Source: the human T2T-CHM13v2.0 reference genome, Homo sapiens. From it: 64,000 bases of DNA. The stretch is taken from NCBI RefSeq assembly GCF_009914755.1, contig NC_060926.1; one strand, 5' to 3'. The translations under genes and the position numbers were made by a program. A model generated the notes under the pieces. That model searched no databases. It was not told the DNA's origin and saw only the letters and a list, made by a program, of their open reading frames with translations. This document shows positions 30,700-45,630 of this stretch, piece by piece; the first letter of the stretch is position 1, and the number at the start of each line of letters is the position of its first letter.

Positions 30700-32725
30700 G
30701 ATACTGAGAGTTCACTTTTTAGTGAATATTAAATAAACTAAACACTTGTTTGCATGATCAGTAAAGACTGCTTGAGGAATGCATTATCTCAGAGCAGATA
30801 TGTGAAGAAAGCAAGAGGCAGAATACTGAAAACTTAGAATATAGGAACTAATAAAGAGTTATGTTCCTAGTTGATGAATAACTCATCTGTGGTTATTTGG
30901 ATGTACTTCATTGAACCTATACTGACTCATTTCACCCATCCTCACAGTAGATAATGTGAATAGAAGGTTGCAACAGCAAGCGAGAAAATAGAGTATCAGC
31001 TGCAGTCCATTTGTTTTCCGTGTCAGGGTGCAGACAGATAATTGTTGACCTTAGCAGACCCAGTGCCATACGATGTAATGATCAGTCCTTCACACAAAGA
31101 AGTACCTAATTCATGCTACTCAACTGTATGCACTTATGTAGTTTATCCATGTAGTATCTTTAAATGAATTGATTATTACATAATACGTTTCTGTTCTGAA
31201 TTGACCAACTGTTTACTGCAGCAATCAAGTTAATTATTTTGATCTATACAAATGGAATCTAGTGAATTATACGCATGTTCCTGTCATGAGAGTTTGCTTT
31301 CTTTGGTATATTTCTGGAATTCAGATCCTACTGAGAGAGAACAAAGAAAGCAAGGATCTACAAGACTTTAATGACAAATGAAATTATAAGATTCTTATGA
31401 TCATTACAGCTACCGTTAATAATATAAAGAAGTATTCTCAAGAAGATTCGGATGAGATATTTATTAAATCAATTGGCAAGCATTAAGCCTTACTTTTGTG
31501 TATTTTATGCTTTTGTCCCCTGTGCTTTTGTGGTCTGACTCAAAAAATATTTGGCAATGTTCTATAGATTTTCCCCTGTATTTTCTTTTAGTAGTTTCAT
31601 ATTTTAAGTTCTTATATTTAAGTATGTGACCAATTTTGAATAATTTGCTTATATAATGAAAGATAGAAATCTAGTTTCATTCTTCTCCATATGGATATCC
31701 AGTTTTCCCAGCAGCATTTATTAAAGAGAATTATCTTCTCCCCAATGTATATTCTTGGCACCTTTATCAAAAATAAGTTGGCTGTAAATGAATGGATTTA
31801 TTTTTGGCTTCTCCATTCTGTTCCACTGGTCTATGCATCTGTTTTAATGCCAGTATCATGGTTTTCACAGCTTTGTAGTACAATGTGAAGCCAGGTAATG
31901 AGATACCTCCAGCTTTGTTCTTTCTACTCAGGATTGATTTCTATCTGTTCTTTTTTTTTTTTTTTTTAGTTACATACAAATTTTAGAAATTTTTTCTATT
32001 TCTGTGCAGAATGTCATTGTTATTTTCATATAGAAATTGCAATGAATCTGTTGACTGCTTTGAGTAATATGGACATTTTAATAATATTAATTTTTCCAGT
32101 CCATGAGCATGAGATATAATTCCATTCATTTGTGTCCTGTTCAGTTTCTTTCATTGAGATTGTTTTATTATAGAGATCTTTCACTCCTTTGGTTGAAGCT
32201 ATTACAGGTATTTTATTCTTATTTTTGTAGCTATTATAAATGTAATTGGTTTCTGAATTTCTTTTTCAAACTGATCACTATTAGCATATTGGAAAAATTA
32301 ATATCATTTTTGTAAAATAAAAAACCAGAAAACTATGTTTTCTGCATGTTCTCACATATACTTAGAAAAATATGATTGATTTTTGTATGTTGATTTTTTA
32401 TTCTTCAAATTTACTATTTATTTTATACCAGTTAGAGGTTGGCTTTACTTTTTTTTTTGGTGTTGATAGGTTTTTCTAAGTATAAGATTATGTCATCTGC
32501 CACAAAAGATGATTTGACACTTTTCTTTCTAATTTGGATGACTTTTATATCTTTCTTTTGCCTAAGTGCTCCGGCTGGGACTTTCAGAACTACATTGAAT
32601 AAAAGTGGTGAAAGTGGGTATCCTTGTCAAGTTACTAACGAATAAAAGACTTTCAATTTTTTCCCATTCAGTATGATATTGCCTGTGGTTTTGTCATATG
32701 TGACTTTTATTATTTTTAGATATGA

Positions 32726-33034
<309 letters not shown>

Positions 33035-33245
33035 TGAGATATGATACTTCTATACTTACTTTATTAAGAGTTATTATCATGGTGGAATAACGAATTTTAT
33101 CAAATGCTTTTTCAGCATCTATTGAGATGACATAGGGTATTTGTCTTTGATTCTGTTCATGTGATGTATCACGTTTATTGATTTGCCTATGTTGAACCAT
33201 CTTTACATCCCTGAAATGAATCCCAATTGATAATGGTGAATGATG

Positions 33246-34702
33246 TTTTTTACTCCAACTTTTATTTTAGGTTCAGGGTGATACATGCACAAGTATGTTA
33301 CCTAGGTAAATTGCATGTTACTAGGGTTTGGTGTATGATTTATTTTGTCACCCAGGTAGTGAGCATAGAACCTGTAAGGTAGTTTTTTTTTTCTCACCCT
33401 TCTCCCAAACTCCACCCTCAAGAAACTCTGGTGTCTATTTTTCCCCTCTTTGTGTCCACGTGTACTCAAAGTTTAACTCCCACTTGTATGTGAGAACATG
33501 CAGAAAACATAGTTTTCTGTTCTTGCATTAATTCCTTTAGGATAATGGTCTCCAGCTACACCCATGCTGCTGCAAAGGACATAATTTCATTCTTTGTTAT
33601 GGCTGCTTAGTATTCAGTGGTGTATATGTATCAACATTTTCTTTATTCTGCCCACCACTTATGGGCATCTAGGTTGATTCCATGTCTTTGCTATTGTGAA
33701 AAGTGCTGCAATGAGCATACTCATGCATGTAGGTTTATGATGGAACAATTCATATTCCTTTGGCTATATACCCAACAATGGGATTTCTAGGTCAAGTGGG
33801 AGTTTTGTTTTAAGTTCTTTGAGAAATCTCTAAGCATCTTTGCACGGTGGCTGAATTAATTTACATTCACACTAACAACATATGTGTGTTACCTTTCTCC
33901 ACAACTTTGTCAACATGTTTTTTTTTGAATTTTTAATAATAGCCATTCTGACTAGTGTGAGATGGCATCTCATGATGGTTTTGATTTGCATTTCTCTAAT
34001 GATTAGTGATGTCAAGCATTTTTTATATGCTTTTTAGCTGCATGTATGTCTTCTGTTGAGAAGTGTGTGTTCATGTCCTTTGCCCGTCTTTAAATCAGGT
34101 TGTTTGGTTTTTGGCTGTTGATATGTTTAAGTTCCTTATAGATTCTGTATATTAGGCCTTTGTTGGATGCATTGCTTGTGAGTATTTTCTTCCATTCTGT
34201 TGGTTGTCTGTTTACTCCACTACTAGTTTCTCTTGTTATACAAACTAAAGCTCTTTAGTTTAATTAGGTCCCACTTGTCAATTTTCATGTTGGTTGCAAT
34301 TGTTTTTGGAGTCTTTATCATGAACTATTTGCCAAGGCCTATGTCCAGAATGATGTTTCCTATGTTTTTTTTTAGGCCTTTTACAGTTTTAGGTTTTACA
34401 TTTAGCTTTTTATCCATCTTGAGTTGAATTTTGTACATGCTGAAAGGAAGGGGTCCTGGTTCAATCTTCTGCAGATGGCTAGCCAGTTATCCTAGCACCA
34501 TTTATTGAATAGGATTTCTTTTCCCCATTGCTTGCTATTGTCTACTTTGTCCAAGATCAGATGGTGGTAGGTGTGTGGCTTTATTTATGTGTTCTGTAAC
34601 CTGTTCCATTGGTGTATTTGTCTGCTTCTGTACCACTACTATGTTCTTTTTTGTTTCTGCATCCTTGTAGTACAGTGTGAAGTCAGTGTGCTGTCTCCAG
34701 CT
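33246..34702 (-). mobile_element. 5'-truncated L1PA15/16-like element
   Basis: caacttttattttaggttcaggg...ggtaaattgcatg...gtcacccaggtagtgagcatag 3' end, then antisense ORF2. Confidence 0.88.
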
Positions 34703-36338
34703 TTTTTTTTTTTTTTTTTTTTTTTTTGGTAGAATTTAGCAGTGAACCCATCAGGTCCTGGGCTTGTCTTTGATTGGGTGCCTTTTATTACTGCTTTGAT
34801 CTCATTATTAATCTGTTTGGATTTTCCATATTTTCATGATTCAATCCTAACAGGTTGTATGTGTCCAGAAATTTATCTATTTCTTCTAGGTTTTCCAGTT
34901 TGTTGGCATATAGTTGTTCATTATAGTCTCTAGTGATTCTTTGTATTTCTGTGTTATTACTTGTAGTGTTTTTATGCATATATGAATTTATCTATTTGCA
35001 TCTTTTTCGTTTTTTTATTCTAGCTAAAGGTGTGTTGGTTTTATCTTTTCAAAAAACTTTTTGTTTTATTGCTCTTTTGTATTGTTCTTTTATCTTAACT
35101 TATTTCTGTTCTGATCTTCAGACTTCTTTCCCTTCTATTAATTTTGGGTTTGGTTCATTGTTGCTTTTGTATTTCCTTAACGTGTACTGCTAGATTGTTT
35201 GCCCAAAGTCTTTTTTTACTGATGTGAACATTTATTGCTATATAGTACTACTTTTGCTCTATCCCTTAGTGGTATATTATAATTCCATTTTTATTTCACA
35301 AATTTTTAAAATTATTTTCTTAATGTCTTCATTGATTCATTGGTCATTCTGGAGCATGTTGTTTAATTTATATGTATTTGTACAGTGTCCAAAGGTTCTC
35401 TTGTTATTGATTTCTAGTTTTATTCTACTGTGATCAGAAACTTGACATGTTATTGACTTTTTTAATTTGTTGAGACTAGTTTTTTGACTTAACATATTAT
35501 CTATCCTGGATAATATTTTATGTGTTGATGAAAAGAATGTATATTCCACTGCAATAAGATGTAATGTTTTATAAATGTCTGTTAAGGTCCATTTGGTCAA
35601 TAGTATTATTTAACTCTCATGTTTTATTGTTGATTTTCTGCCTGCATGATCTGTCCATTGCTAAAAGTGGCATGTCGAAGTCCCCTACTATTGTGTTGTA
35701 GTCTTTTCCTTCCTTTAGATCTACTGAGACTGCTTTATATTTTGGGGTTATCCAGTGTTGGGTCGATATATATTGACTATTGTTATACCGTCTTGCTGAA
35801 TTGCCACATTTATCATTACATAAAAACCTTCTTTATCTCTTTTTAGTTTTTTTACTGAAAATCTTTGTTATCTGATATAATTATAGCTACTTCTGCTTTT
35901 TCTGGTTCCATTTGCATAGAATATCTTTTTCCATCCCTCACATTCAGTCTATATATTTCTTCATAGGTGAAGCAAATTTCTTGTAGACAGCATTACGTTG
36001 GGTCTGATTTTTATCATTTCAACCATTCTATGTCTTTTAATTGGATAATCTAGTCAATTTACAATTGATATTATTGATAGGTAAGGACTTACTACTGCTA
36101 TTTTGTTTCTTGTTTTCTGGTTGTGTTGTAGCTCTTCTCTTACTTTTTTCATTTCTTACTGTCTTCCTTTGTGATTAAGTTATTTTCTCTGCTACTTTGT
36201 TGCTATTTATTTTTAGTGTATCTATTATAGGTTTTTGCTTTGTGGTTTTCAGGAGGCTTACAGAAAATATCCTATTGTTATAACAATTTGTTTAAAACTG
36301 ATACCAACTTAACTTCGATTGCAAAAAAAGAAGAAAAG

Positions 36339-36746
<408 letters not shown>

Positions 36747-38119
36747 TTATATTGCCTATTTTATAACAAATTGTTGTAATAATTATTATTTTAATAGATT
36801 TTTATTTAAGTTTTCTTACTAAATATATAAGTGGTTTATACACTATTATCACAATATTAGTATAGCCATCATATTAGCATCTTTTTCTTTCAATTTTCAG
36901 AACTCCCTTTAGAATTTCTTGTAGAACACGTATAGTAGCAATGAATTTCCTCAGCATTTGCTTGTCTAGAAAAGACTTTAGTTCTTCATTTCTGAGGGAT
37001 ATCTGTGCTGGATACAGCATTCTTCATTAACAAGTTTTTCTTGCAAAATTAAGGTCTGGTTCTTCTTTTATAGATTTCAGTTTAAATGTCAGCGAAAAGT
37101 ATTCTAATCACACCGTTAGAAAGAAACAAAAAATATAGTACCCACCTGCAATTTTTTCCACTATGATTTCTTTTCTTAATATAGCAAAAAATGTTATGTT
37201 TGTTATTTCCTTATTTATCTGATCTCTTATGTGTGTTGAGTTATTTGCTTATTTATCTGATCTCTTCTCTTCATAGGTTGCAAGTTCTTTGAGAGAATAC
37301 ACACACACACACATATACTTTCTTATTCAGTGTTTTATTTTTAGATTTTAAAATAGTGCTTGGCATTTATTAAGCCATCATAAAAATATACTATTAACTG
37401 TATAAATAAATAAATTAGTGAATTCATATTTACTTATGTTTTTATTAGTGTAAAAATTAAGCAAATTTTGTGAAGGAACCTAATTACTCACCCAACATTA
37501 ATGTAATGCTAAAATAATACAAGATGGAAATATACTTCTCTAATTGGCAGACTGATAAAAAGGTAAAAATTGAATGAAAAGTCTCATTTCTGAGTGGCTT
37601 GAGGTAATCTAGTCTTCTTTTTTTTAGCTTATAAATTGCCTGATTATTAGAATTATGCCTACCCATATAATAGACTTTCTTTGCACATTGGTATTTTGAG
37701 ATATACTTAATTCAGGATTATAAATCACATAGGGAGATGATTCATGCAAATTTAGAATTCATTAGCATTTACTAAATTATTTTTCCTACAATACAAGCAA
37801 AGGGAACAAGTCAAATGGGTCGAGTTGGAGAAGAAAAGCAATTTGATGATAATTCCGTTACAATGTTTATAAATAACCAGAAATGGATGAGTTGCAGGCT
37901 GCAGAAATCTTGTTACCTTTATTGTAATTCAAATGAATAGAGAAGACCCTCATTTACAATAAATAGTTGACTTTATATATCAGCTCATAGGCATCTTACT
38001 GATGACACTAGGCAAAATACATTTTCTCAACATAAAAATAACTTCCATTACCTAGTATAAAAGTTCTACTACCAGTTAATTATTCTTGTTATTGGAAAAG
38101 TCAAGTAATTTGTTGGTGG

Positions 38120-38310
38120 AAATGAGAAGCAAATAGTATAGTAAAAAGTAAAACCAGCTTCAAATCCTGATTCTGCCACCTGGTAGCTTTACAAACTTAT
38201 CTAATTTATCTAGCCTCTTGGAGGCTTAGTTTTCTCATATACAATATGTAGTAAATAATTCTAGCAAAACCTGTTGTAGTTAAATGCAAGATAATGCATG
38301 TAATAGCCTG
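38120..38310 (+). mobile_element. MIR
   Basis: ttcaaatcctgattctgccac...agttttctcat...taaatgcaagataatgcatgtaa. Confidence 0.65.
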
Positions 38311-38324
38311 ATATATAATAGCTG

Positions 38325-38674
38325 CAGTTGTTTTTTTGAATCTATGGGTTCTACATCTGTGGCTTCAACCAACTGCAGATCAAAAAATATTCAGGAAAAA
38401 AATGGAGGATTGTGTTTATACTGAACATGTGCAGACTTTTTTTCTTGTAATTATCCCCCAAACAATACAGTACAACAACAATTTACATAACATTTACATG
38501 GTATTAAGCATTAAAATAATCTAGAGATGATTTAAAGTATACACAAGGATATGCATAGGTTATTTTTAAATGCGATTAATACACCATTTTATATAAGACA
38601 CTTGAGCACCTGTGGATTTTAGTATCCAGAGGGGATTCTGGAACCAATCACTTATGCATACTGAGGGACAACTG
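38325..38674 (+). mobile_element. MER2 (TcMar-Tigger)
   Basis: cagttg...atctatgggttctacatctgtgg start and atactgagggacaactg+TA end. Confidence 0.85.
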
Positions 38675-39091
38675 TACTGAATAGATATTATTTTCCTGCT
38701 ATGTCCAAATTCATCTACCTTTTGGCAGCAAACTAAGCCTTCAAATGTCCTCTTTCACATATATTTTACTTTCCTTACTAGCACTGAAATGTTTGTTCTA
38801 AAATGCATTTTTAATAAATTAATTATCTTGGCCCAATATTATCTATGTTCTTTCCAATGCACATAGAAGATCAGCTGACAGTCTTTACTATAATATTTGA
38901 ATATTTCATGTAATAAACTTACCATTTATTTTTACCCACAGAAACCATTGTCAGGCTTAAAGATTTCTGTTTTCCTTTTCCAAATCTGACCATCATTGGC
39001 ACATCTCTTATTTTTGTAGCTACCCATTAAATTTTTCATCTTTTCCCTTCAGTGTTTAATAATAAATCAGACAACAAAATTCTGAAGATGG

Positions 39092-39390
39092 GGCTGGGCA
39101 CAGTGGCTCATACCTATAATCCCAGCACTCTGGGCAACCAAGGCAGGCAGATTGCTTGAGTCCAGGAGTTTGAGACCAGCCTGGGCAACATGCTGAAACC
39201 CCATCTCTAATAAAAATACAAAAAAAAATTAGCCGGGCATGTGGGCATGAGTCTGGGGTCCCAGGTACTCAGAAGGCAGAGATAGGAGAATCACCTGAGC
39301 CTGGGGAGGTTGAGGCTTCACTGAGCCAAGATAACACCACTGCACTTCAGCCTGGGCAACCAGAGTGGGACCCTGTCTCAAAAAAAAAAA
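39092..39390 (+). mobile_element. AluJb-like
   Basis: Full dimer with J diagnostics and a short A-tail. Confidence 0.9.
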
Positions 39391-41239
39391 GTTCTAAACT
39401 TTTTGGTTTTCACAATTTTTTGGCCTAGAGACTGGATGCCATTCAAAGCCACTATTTAATGCTACATCCTTCTGCTTGTAATATCTCTGTGGGATAAATG
39501 AGGTTTTTTTTTTTTCTATTATTGTTATTTGCCTCTTTTACACATATAAAGATTCATTCTAAGTGGTGGGTTTGTTTTCAATTTCTACTTCCTGGTCTAT
39601 AACTTTTTAAAATCTTTTTTTTTTTTTCAATTGTGGAGTGGAAGAATGTGAAAAATGAAGTTGGAGTTGACAAATCTAAAATTGGGTATAACATCTGCAA
39701 TTTGTAGTTTATTGAGACTTGGGTTTGTTAGCATTTTTATATCCATTTTATAATTTCCAACTAAAACTATTCCAACAAATCAACTGGCACACATAAGCAC
39801 TTGGTATAGATCCTTACTCTCTGTTTACATATTGAAGATTACATTTATTATAGCTGTGTAATGATTCTTATATTTTTATGATATGCCTATATCAGATCAT
39901 CAGATTCTTATATTTTCTGATATGCCTACATCAGATCATCTCTTTTCCTCTTTTATAAACACTAACTTGACATGATAATTTTCATCTTAAATTACCATCA
40001 TCTGATAATTTTCATCTTAAATTACTATCATTACTTTTCATGGGACTTTTTTTTTCCATTAAATCAGCAGTTTTCAGGTGGGCTATGATTTGCTGGAAGT
40101 GTCCTCCTCTACCCACATATGTACTATATAATTGTATTAGATTTTCATGGTATTTTGCCAAAATTAGTGCATGTTATACTAATAATGTTAATATAAATAA
40201 TATTACATTATAGAGCAGTGGGATGCACAATTCATTGTAGTGTAGCTTCCTTAGCTCAAGATGTTTCAAACTGAAAGGTGGTGTCAGGGGAGATTAGAGG
40301 GTTTCAGTAGACTTGAAATACCAAATTGCTGCTATGAAGCAAGTCTTGAGTATTGTCACTATTTATGAAGAGTTTATTAAATAGATGTTTTTAAATCTTC
40401 AATCTGAGGACATGTTTATAAGTGTAAAGATCCTCTGGTTCTTTGAGCAGTGTCAGTGAGGTCATAATCATGAGTATCTTCTCTGCTTTTCACCTTTTAA
40501 GACACTGAAAAACAGCTTCCTTAAGGCCAGAATTAAGACTTACGTAATTACTTTTTCTCGTTTTTTTTTCTTTATTAATGAAAAACAAATTTATTCTTTA
40601 TTCTTTATGGTATGCTAGAAATAAAATAAAGTAGTGCTTTTCAATTTCTTGATTGTAAGTCATAATAAAAGTTTTTTATTCTATAATGTAAAAAAAAGCT
40701 CCCCTCACGCACATACAAATAAGAATGTAATAAAATTATATTTAATTTTACAATGTCATCATCTCTATTTTATTAATTTATAAATTGATTTTATTATTTA
40801 AATGATAATTGTGATACACTAAGTTGTTTTGTAACCTACTAATGGGTGGCAGCAAGTACTCTGAAAAATACTGAAGTAAAACAGACTAAGACAAGAAGGA
40901 CCGGTTTTGCTGGTCAGTTACAATCTTCTAGTGTCATTAATTGACCATTTACTGTAGATGTGACTCATGTTTTTTATGTCATGATGCCAAAGAGGTGAAA
41001 AAGAAAAAAAGAGAGAGAGGGACCAGATGGGGATAAGGAAGCTCACAGCTGAGATTTAGAAGAAACCACTTTTCTTTGGCCAAGCAAGTACTTACCATGT
41101 GGTAGGGATGGGTGAGTAAGATGATATTGAAAAGATTTCTGGGCTTTCAAGTTCTAGGAAGAGTTTTAGAATAATAATGCTCTGGTCCTGCAAAAGAAAT
41201 GGAATGAATCCTTGGAGAGCTATTTATTACCTAAATTCT

Positions 41240-41460
41240 GCTTTCAACACCTTGGAAATAGCAACTATTTATTGCCAGGTACTCCTCTAACATTCATATC
41301 TACTAACTCATTTAATTCTCATATCGTAAGATACAGGTATAATTATTATCTCTAGTTTATAGATCAGGAAACTGATGCACAGGTTAAGTAGATTGCCTAA
41401 CTTGCAGAGTGTCAGGAATCTTTGCACTAGGGAATACCTCTCAAAGTATCTTCTATGTAA
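41240..41460 (-). mobile_element. MIR
   Basis: tttatagatcaggaaactgatgcacaggttaagtagattgcc. Confidence 0.7.
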
Positions 41461-42419
41461 AATTGCATTGATAATAATAATAATGCATTGATTGTTCACC
41501 ATTAGTAAGCTATACCCGTCTAGGTTGCTACTTCCTGTGTGGAACTCAGTGTGCTCGTGAGTAAAAGTTGCATCCATTTCTTGTGGTAGTTAATTCTTCA
41601 AGCATTCTAGGGCAGGTCCTATGCACATATGTTTGGAATAGTAATGATTAATCAAAAGAAGTACTCAAGAAAATATTAATGAGAAAATAATATTCTGGCC
41701 CTGATGCTAGAATGAGAAGCATATGAAACTTGTCTTCGAAAACGAAACATAATGTCCTGACATTATCAGTAAGAACACCTATTCAATAACACAGATAAAA
41801 CTGAAAGAAAATTATGCCTCATATTGAAATCTTACAAATAAAAAAATTATATATGTACATAAAGTATAAAATTATTTTTAAATTAGTTTCTCCCTAGCTA
41901 TTGATCAAAGTGTTTTTACAGGTTCTACAGTCATTCAAGAATATGTCAGTTTAGCTTTCAGGGTGATGGGTAAAATATCAAAACCGCTCATGTTCTTTGT
42001 GATTTAGTCTCTTAAGACAGTTCTTTCTTCTGGTTTGACAATGCACTGACCACTTGCCATGTAATAATACAGCTGCTAACAGTGGTAGAGACCAAGAGAC
42101 TTATACTGTTGTCAGTATTGCCTCTGGTACAGGAACTTCTGCCATTAGATCTGTGCAACCTATAAATGCACATAAGACAATGTACCCAAAGAGACTTAAA
42201 GCCAGCTATAAAGAAAAAAAAATGTATACTCAGATTATGTGGCTCCCAGAAACATAAAATTTCTGTAGGAGAGAGATAACAATCTGAATAAAATGATGAT
42301 GATAATGGTAATGGTAATGGTGGTGTTGCTATTGTAATAATAATAATAAGATGCCATCTTTCCAGATGATGATAATTTTTTAAAAGCTCAATAAAATATT
42401 ATTGATTTTTTTTCTGATA

Positions 42420-44950
42420 TATTTAACAGAATAATGATGAATTACTGAGAACATGTTCAGGAGAGACCTGGATCCCAGAAGTATGCCAACATATGGGGCT
42501 ACCTCTCCTTGAGGGTATTTGAGAATCTAGGAAATAAAGCTGAGAAGCTAGTTTGTGGTTTTGATACCTGACTAAGACTTAAGAGACAAAAGTCAGAGCA
42601 CAGGTAATTACACAGGTATTTGTATATATTATCCTTTAGGTTCAGTCCCCAAAATGCTACTCAAAAATTTAAAGGAAATGGAAGTAAATCAACCACAACA
42701 TGACTTTCTGACCAGTTTCGTGTCATCTGCATAGCAAAAACCTCAAGTCCTCAAATATAACTAAAATGATTTTTCATTATGTATGTCTTCTGACACATGG
42801 AAAAAGCAAGGGAAGGTAAAGTCATCTAAGACTCAATGTATTTGCCCAAATTATTTTTCATACCTAAAAGCTAACACAATAAATGATAATCAGACATATG
42901 AAGATAAAAAGAAAACATGAGTGAGTACCAGCAGAAATAAATCAGTAGAAACGGGCACCCAGATGCAAGAGATATATGTATTATTAGTCATGTCTTTCAA
43001 AAACAAACTGTATTTACTACAAATGTGCCTGGAGATATAAGCCAAGGTTAAACTGTCAGCAGGTAACCAAATATCATTTTTGAAAATTCACTTAAATAAT
43101 TTGAAAAAATACAAATATAAATAAAAGAATAAACTGTCCTGAATTATAAATTAAATGTACTTGCTTAAAGAGTAGGCACTGAGGGATGCTAACACAAAGC
43201 CTCAAGCAAACTCACAAGTAATTTTTAAAAACCTGTTGATATATTCTTTTTAAGTAAGGGAAATAGGTAGTAATGAGAACATAGAGGACCTGTCAAATAA
43301 ATTTAAAGAAAAACATAACATTGGAGGATTAAAAGAGCAAAAATGCTGTCATTACAGATGATATATTCAATCTTTAAAAAATTGAATTGAATCTACAGAT
43401 AAATTATAAAACTTCAGTGGAGTTATGGGTACAAAATCAATTTTAAAAACTAAGGACTACTCTGTACTGGCTCTAATCAAAGAGAAAGAAGAACGGAAAA
43501 AAATATGTTAACATATAAAGCAACAACCTTTAGAATATAGTATTGATGATTAAAAGAGGAATTTTGCCTTTAAAATCAGCTCCAGGAAAAAAACGTGTGC
43601 TTTCAGAATTTAAATAATATAATTAATTTTCAAAATCGAGTCAATAGAAATACGTAGAAATTTTAATACTTGAAATAGAGAACAAGTATGTTCTTTATTT
43701 TTTAAATGTGTCCATGGAACATCAACAAAAATCAATAAAATTTTAAGAAAGTGTATTGAATTTACATACTACAGTCTTTATATAACGCAAGAAAATTAAA
43801 ATAAATTGTGAAAACTTATCAAAAAATCTTTATTTGAAAATAAATACTTGCAAAAGTACTTAATTGAAATTTAAAATAAATACAAACTGAAACCACAAAA
43901 TGATTGTAAAGCAACAGAGACACATTAACACAAAATTTATGGAAAAAAGCAAGCTGAACTCGAAATAAATTTAAGACTCAAATGTCTTTATCACACAAGA
44001 AAAGACAAAAGCTATAGGAACTTGGAACTTATGCAAATAAAGAGAATACAATAAGCAACTAAAAATTGTTTATAAAAATATACAAGTGTAAAAAACTAAA
44101 AAGACAGAGAGAATTAAGAGAAAGAATGAAATTAATAAAAATACGTGTTTTTTAAGTAGAAAAGATACATACTTCCAACACTGTGTTTTTCTTAAATCAA
44201 TAACATTGATTATTAGTACTTTATATGTGGAACCAAAGAAAAAGAGTAGGAATGCTTAAGATCAGAAATGAAATAAAATCCATAATATAGTTACTAATAA
44301 AGTTAAGAATTATGAAAGACAACTTGAATTCAGTATTTTTATGAACTAAATAAAATATCTGAATTTCTTAAAAAATATAAAACCTGATATCTTCAACTCT
44401 GAATACTCATTACAATCAGTGGAAATAATTTAGAATAAAAAATTACAAATGCTCAGGCCCCTCCTACCTCAGGTCAATTGCATCAAAATTTTGGGAATGG
44501 AAATCAGCTTTTTTTAAAAGTTCCTTAGTGATACTAATGAACACTGAAAGTTGAGAACCTCAAGTTTCTGTTTTCATCAGAAGACTCATTTCCTCTCTGT
44601 TCTCATATCTGTTGTCATTACTCAACATAGTATTCTCTTACTTCAAAAGATATTGAATGGAGGTTAAAATATACCAATAAAAAGATATCAGAATCACATT
44701 ATGTCACAGCTCAGTTATATTTAACTTTTAAAGAGAGAAGGAAATAGAAAGTAATTTGTAATATTTTATATCATAGTAAAAATGAAAATCCTCTGAATTG
44801 TTTCTATATGAACAGCAGAAACTTAACACCAACTCTTATTAAAATAATAATAGTGCCAAAAATCAAAAGTTCTTCTATTCAAAAATGTCACCAAGAACCT
44901 AAGCAGACACATTTTTTGAAACTACCCAGAAAGAAGATATCTAATCTTTT
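42420..44950 (+). mobile_element. Ancient L1ME-type fragments
   Basis: Very A-rich, with degraded ORF2 motifs (acagatgatat, ccatggaacat, agatcagaaatgaaa). Confidence 0.55.
44400..44560. mobile_element. MER5-type hAT-Charlie element
   Basis: aatgctcaggcccc...catcaaaatt...ttttttaaaagttccttagtgatactaatg...aagttgagaacc. Confidence 0.65.
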
Positions 44951-44959
44951 AAGGATTTT

Positions 44960-45630
44960 ATTTTTTAAGTTTTAATTTTATGGCAAAATTAAGAGGAAAG
45001 TGTAGTTATTTCAAATAACTCCTGTCCCCACACATGTATTGCCTCCTTTCTTATCAACATCCCCTTCCAGAGGGGGGCATTTGTTACAATTGATGAACCT
45101 ACCTTGATTTATTATCACCAAAAGCCATAGTTTACATTAGAGTTCATTCTTAGTGTTGAAAATTCTGTGGGTTTGGACAAATGTATAATCATATGTATCC
45201 ATCATTTTAGTGTCCTACAGACTACTTTCGCTGCCTTAACAATTTTCTGTGCTGTGCCTATTTATCTCTCCCTCTCCCCTAACCCCTGGTAACCACTGTC
45301 TCCATAGTTTTGTCATTTCCAGAATGTCAGATACTTGGAATCGTATCATGAATAGCCTTTTTAGATTGGGGTTTTTCACTTGGTAATATGCATTTAAAGG
45401 TTTGCAATGTCTTTTTGTGGCTCTATAGCTCAATTTGGTTTTAGTGCTGAATACTATTCCATCGTCTGGATGTACCACAGTTTATCCATTCACCTACTAA
45501 AGAATATCTTGGTTGCCCAAGCTTTTGCAATTATTAATAAAGCTGCTATAAATATCCTTGTGCAGATTTTTAGGTAGTCACAAATTTTCAACTCATTCAG
45601 ATGACCACCAAAGTACATAATTGATGGATC
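44960..45630 (-). mobile_element. L1MC1/2-type 3' end
   Basis: atcaacatcccc...catttgttacaattgatgaacctac...catagtttacattag motif. Confidence 0.8.
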
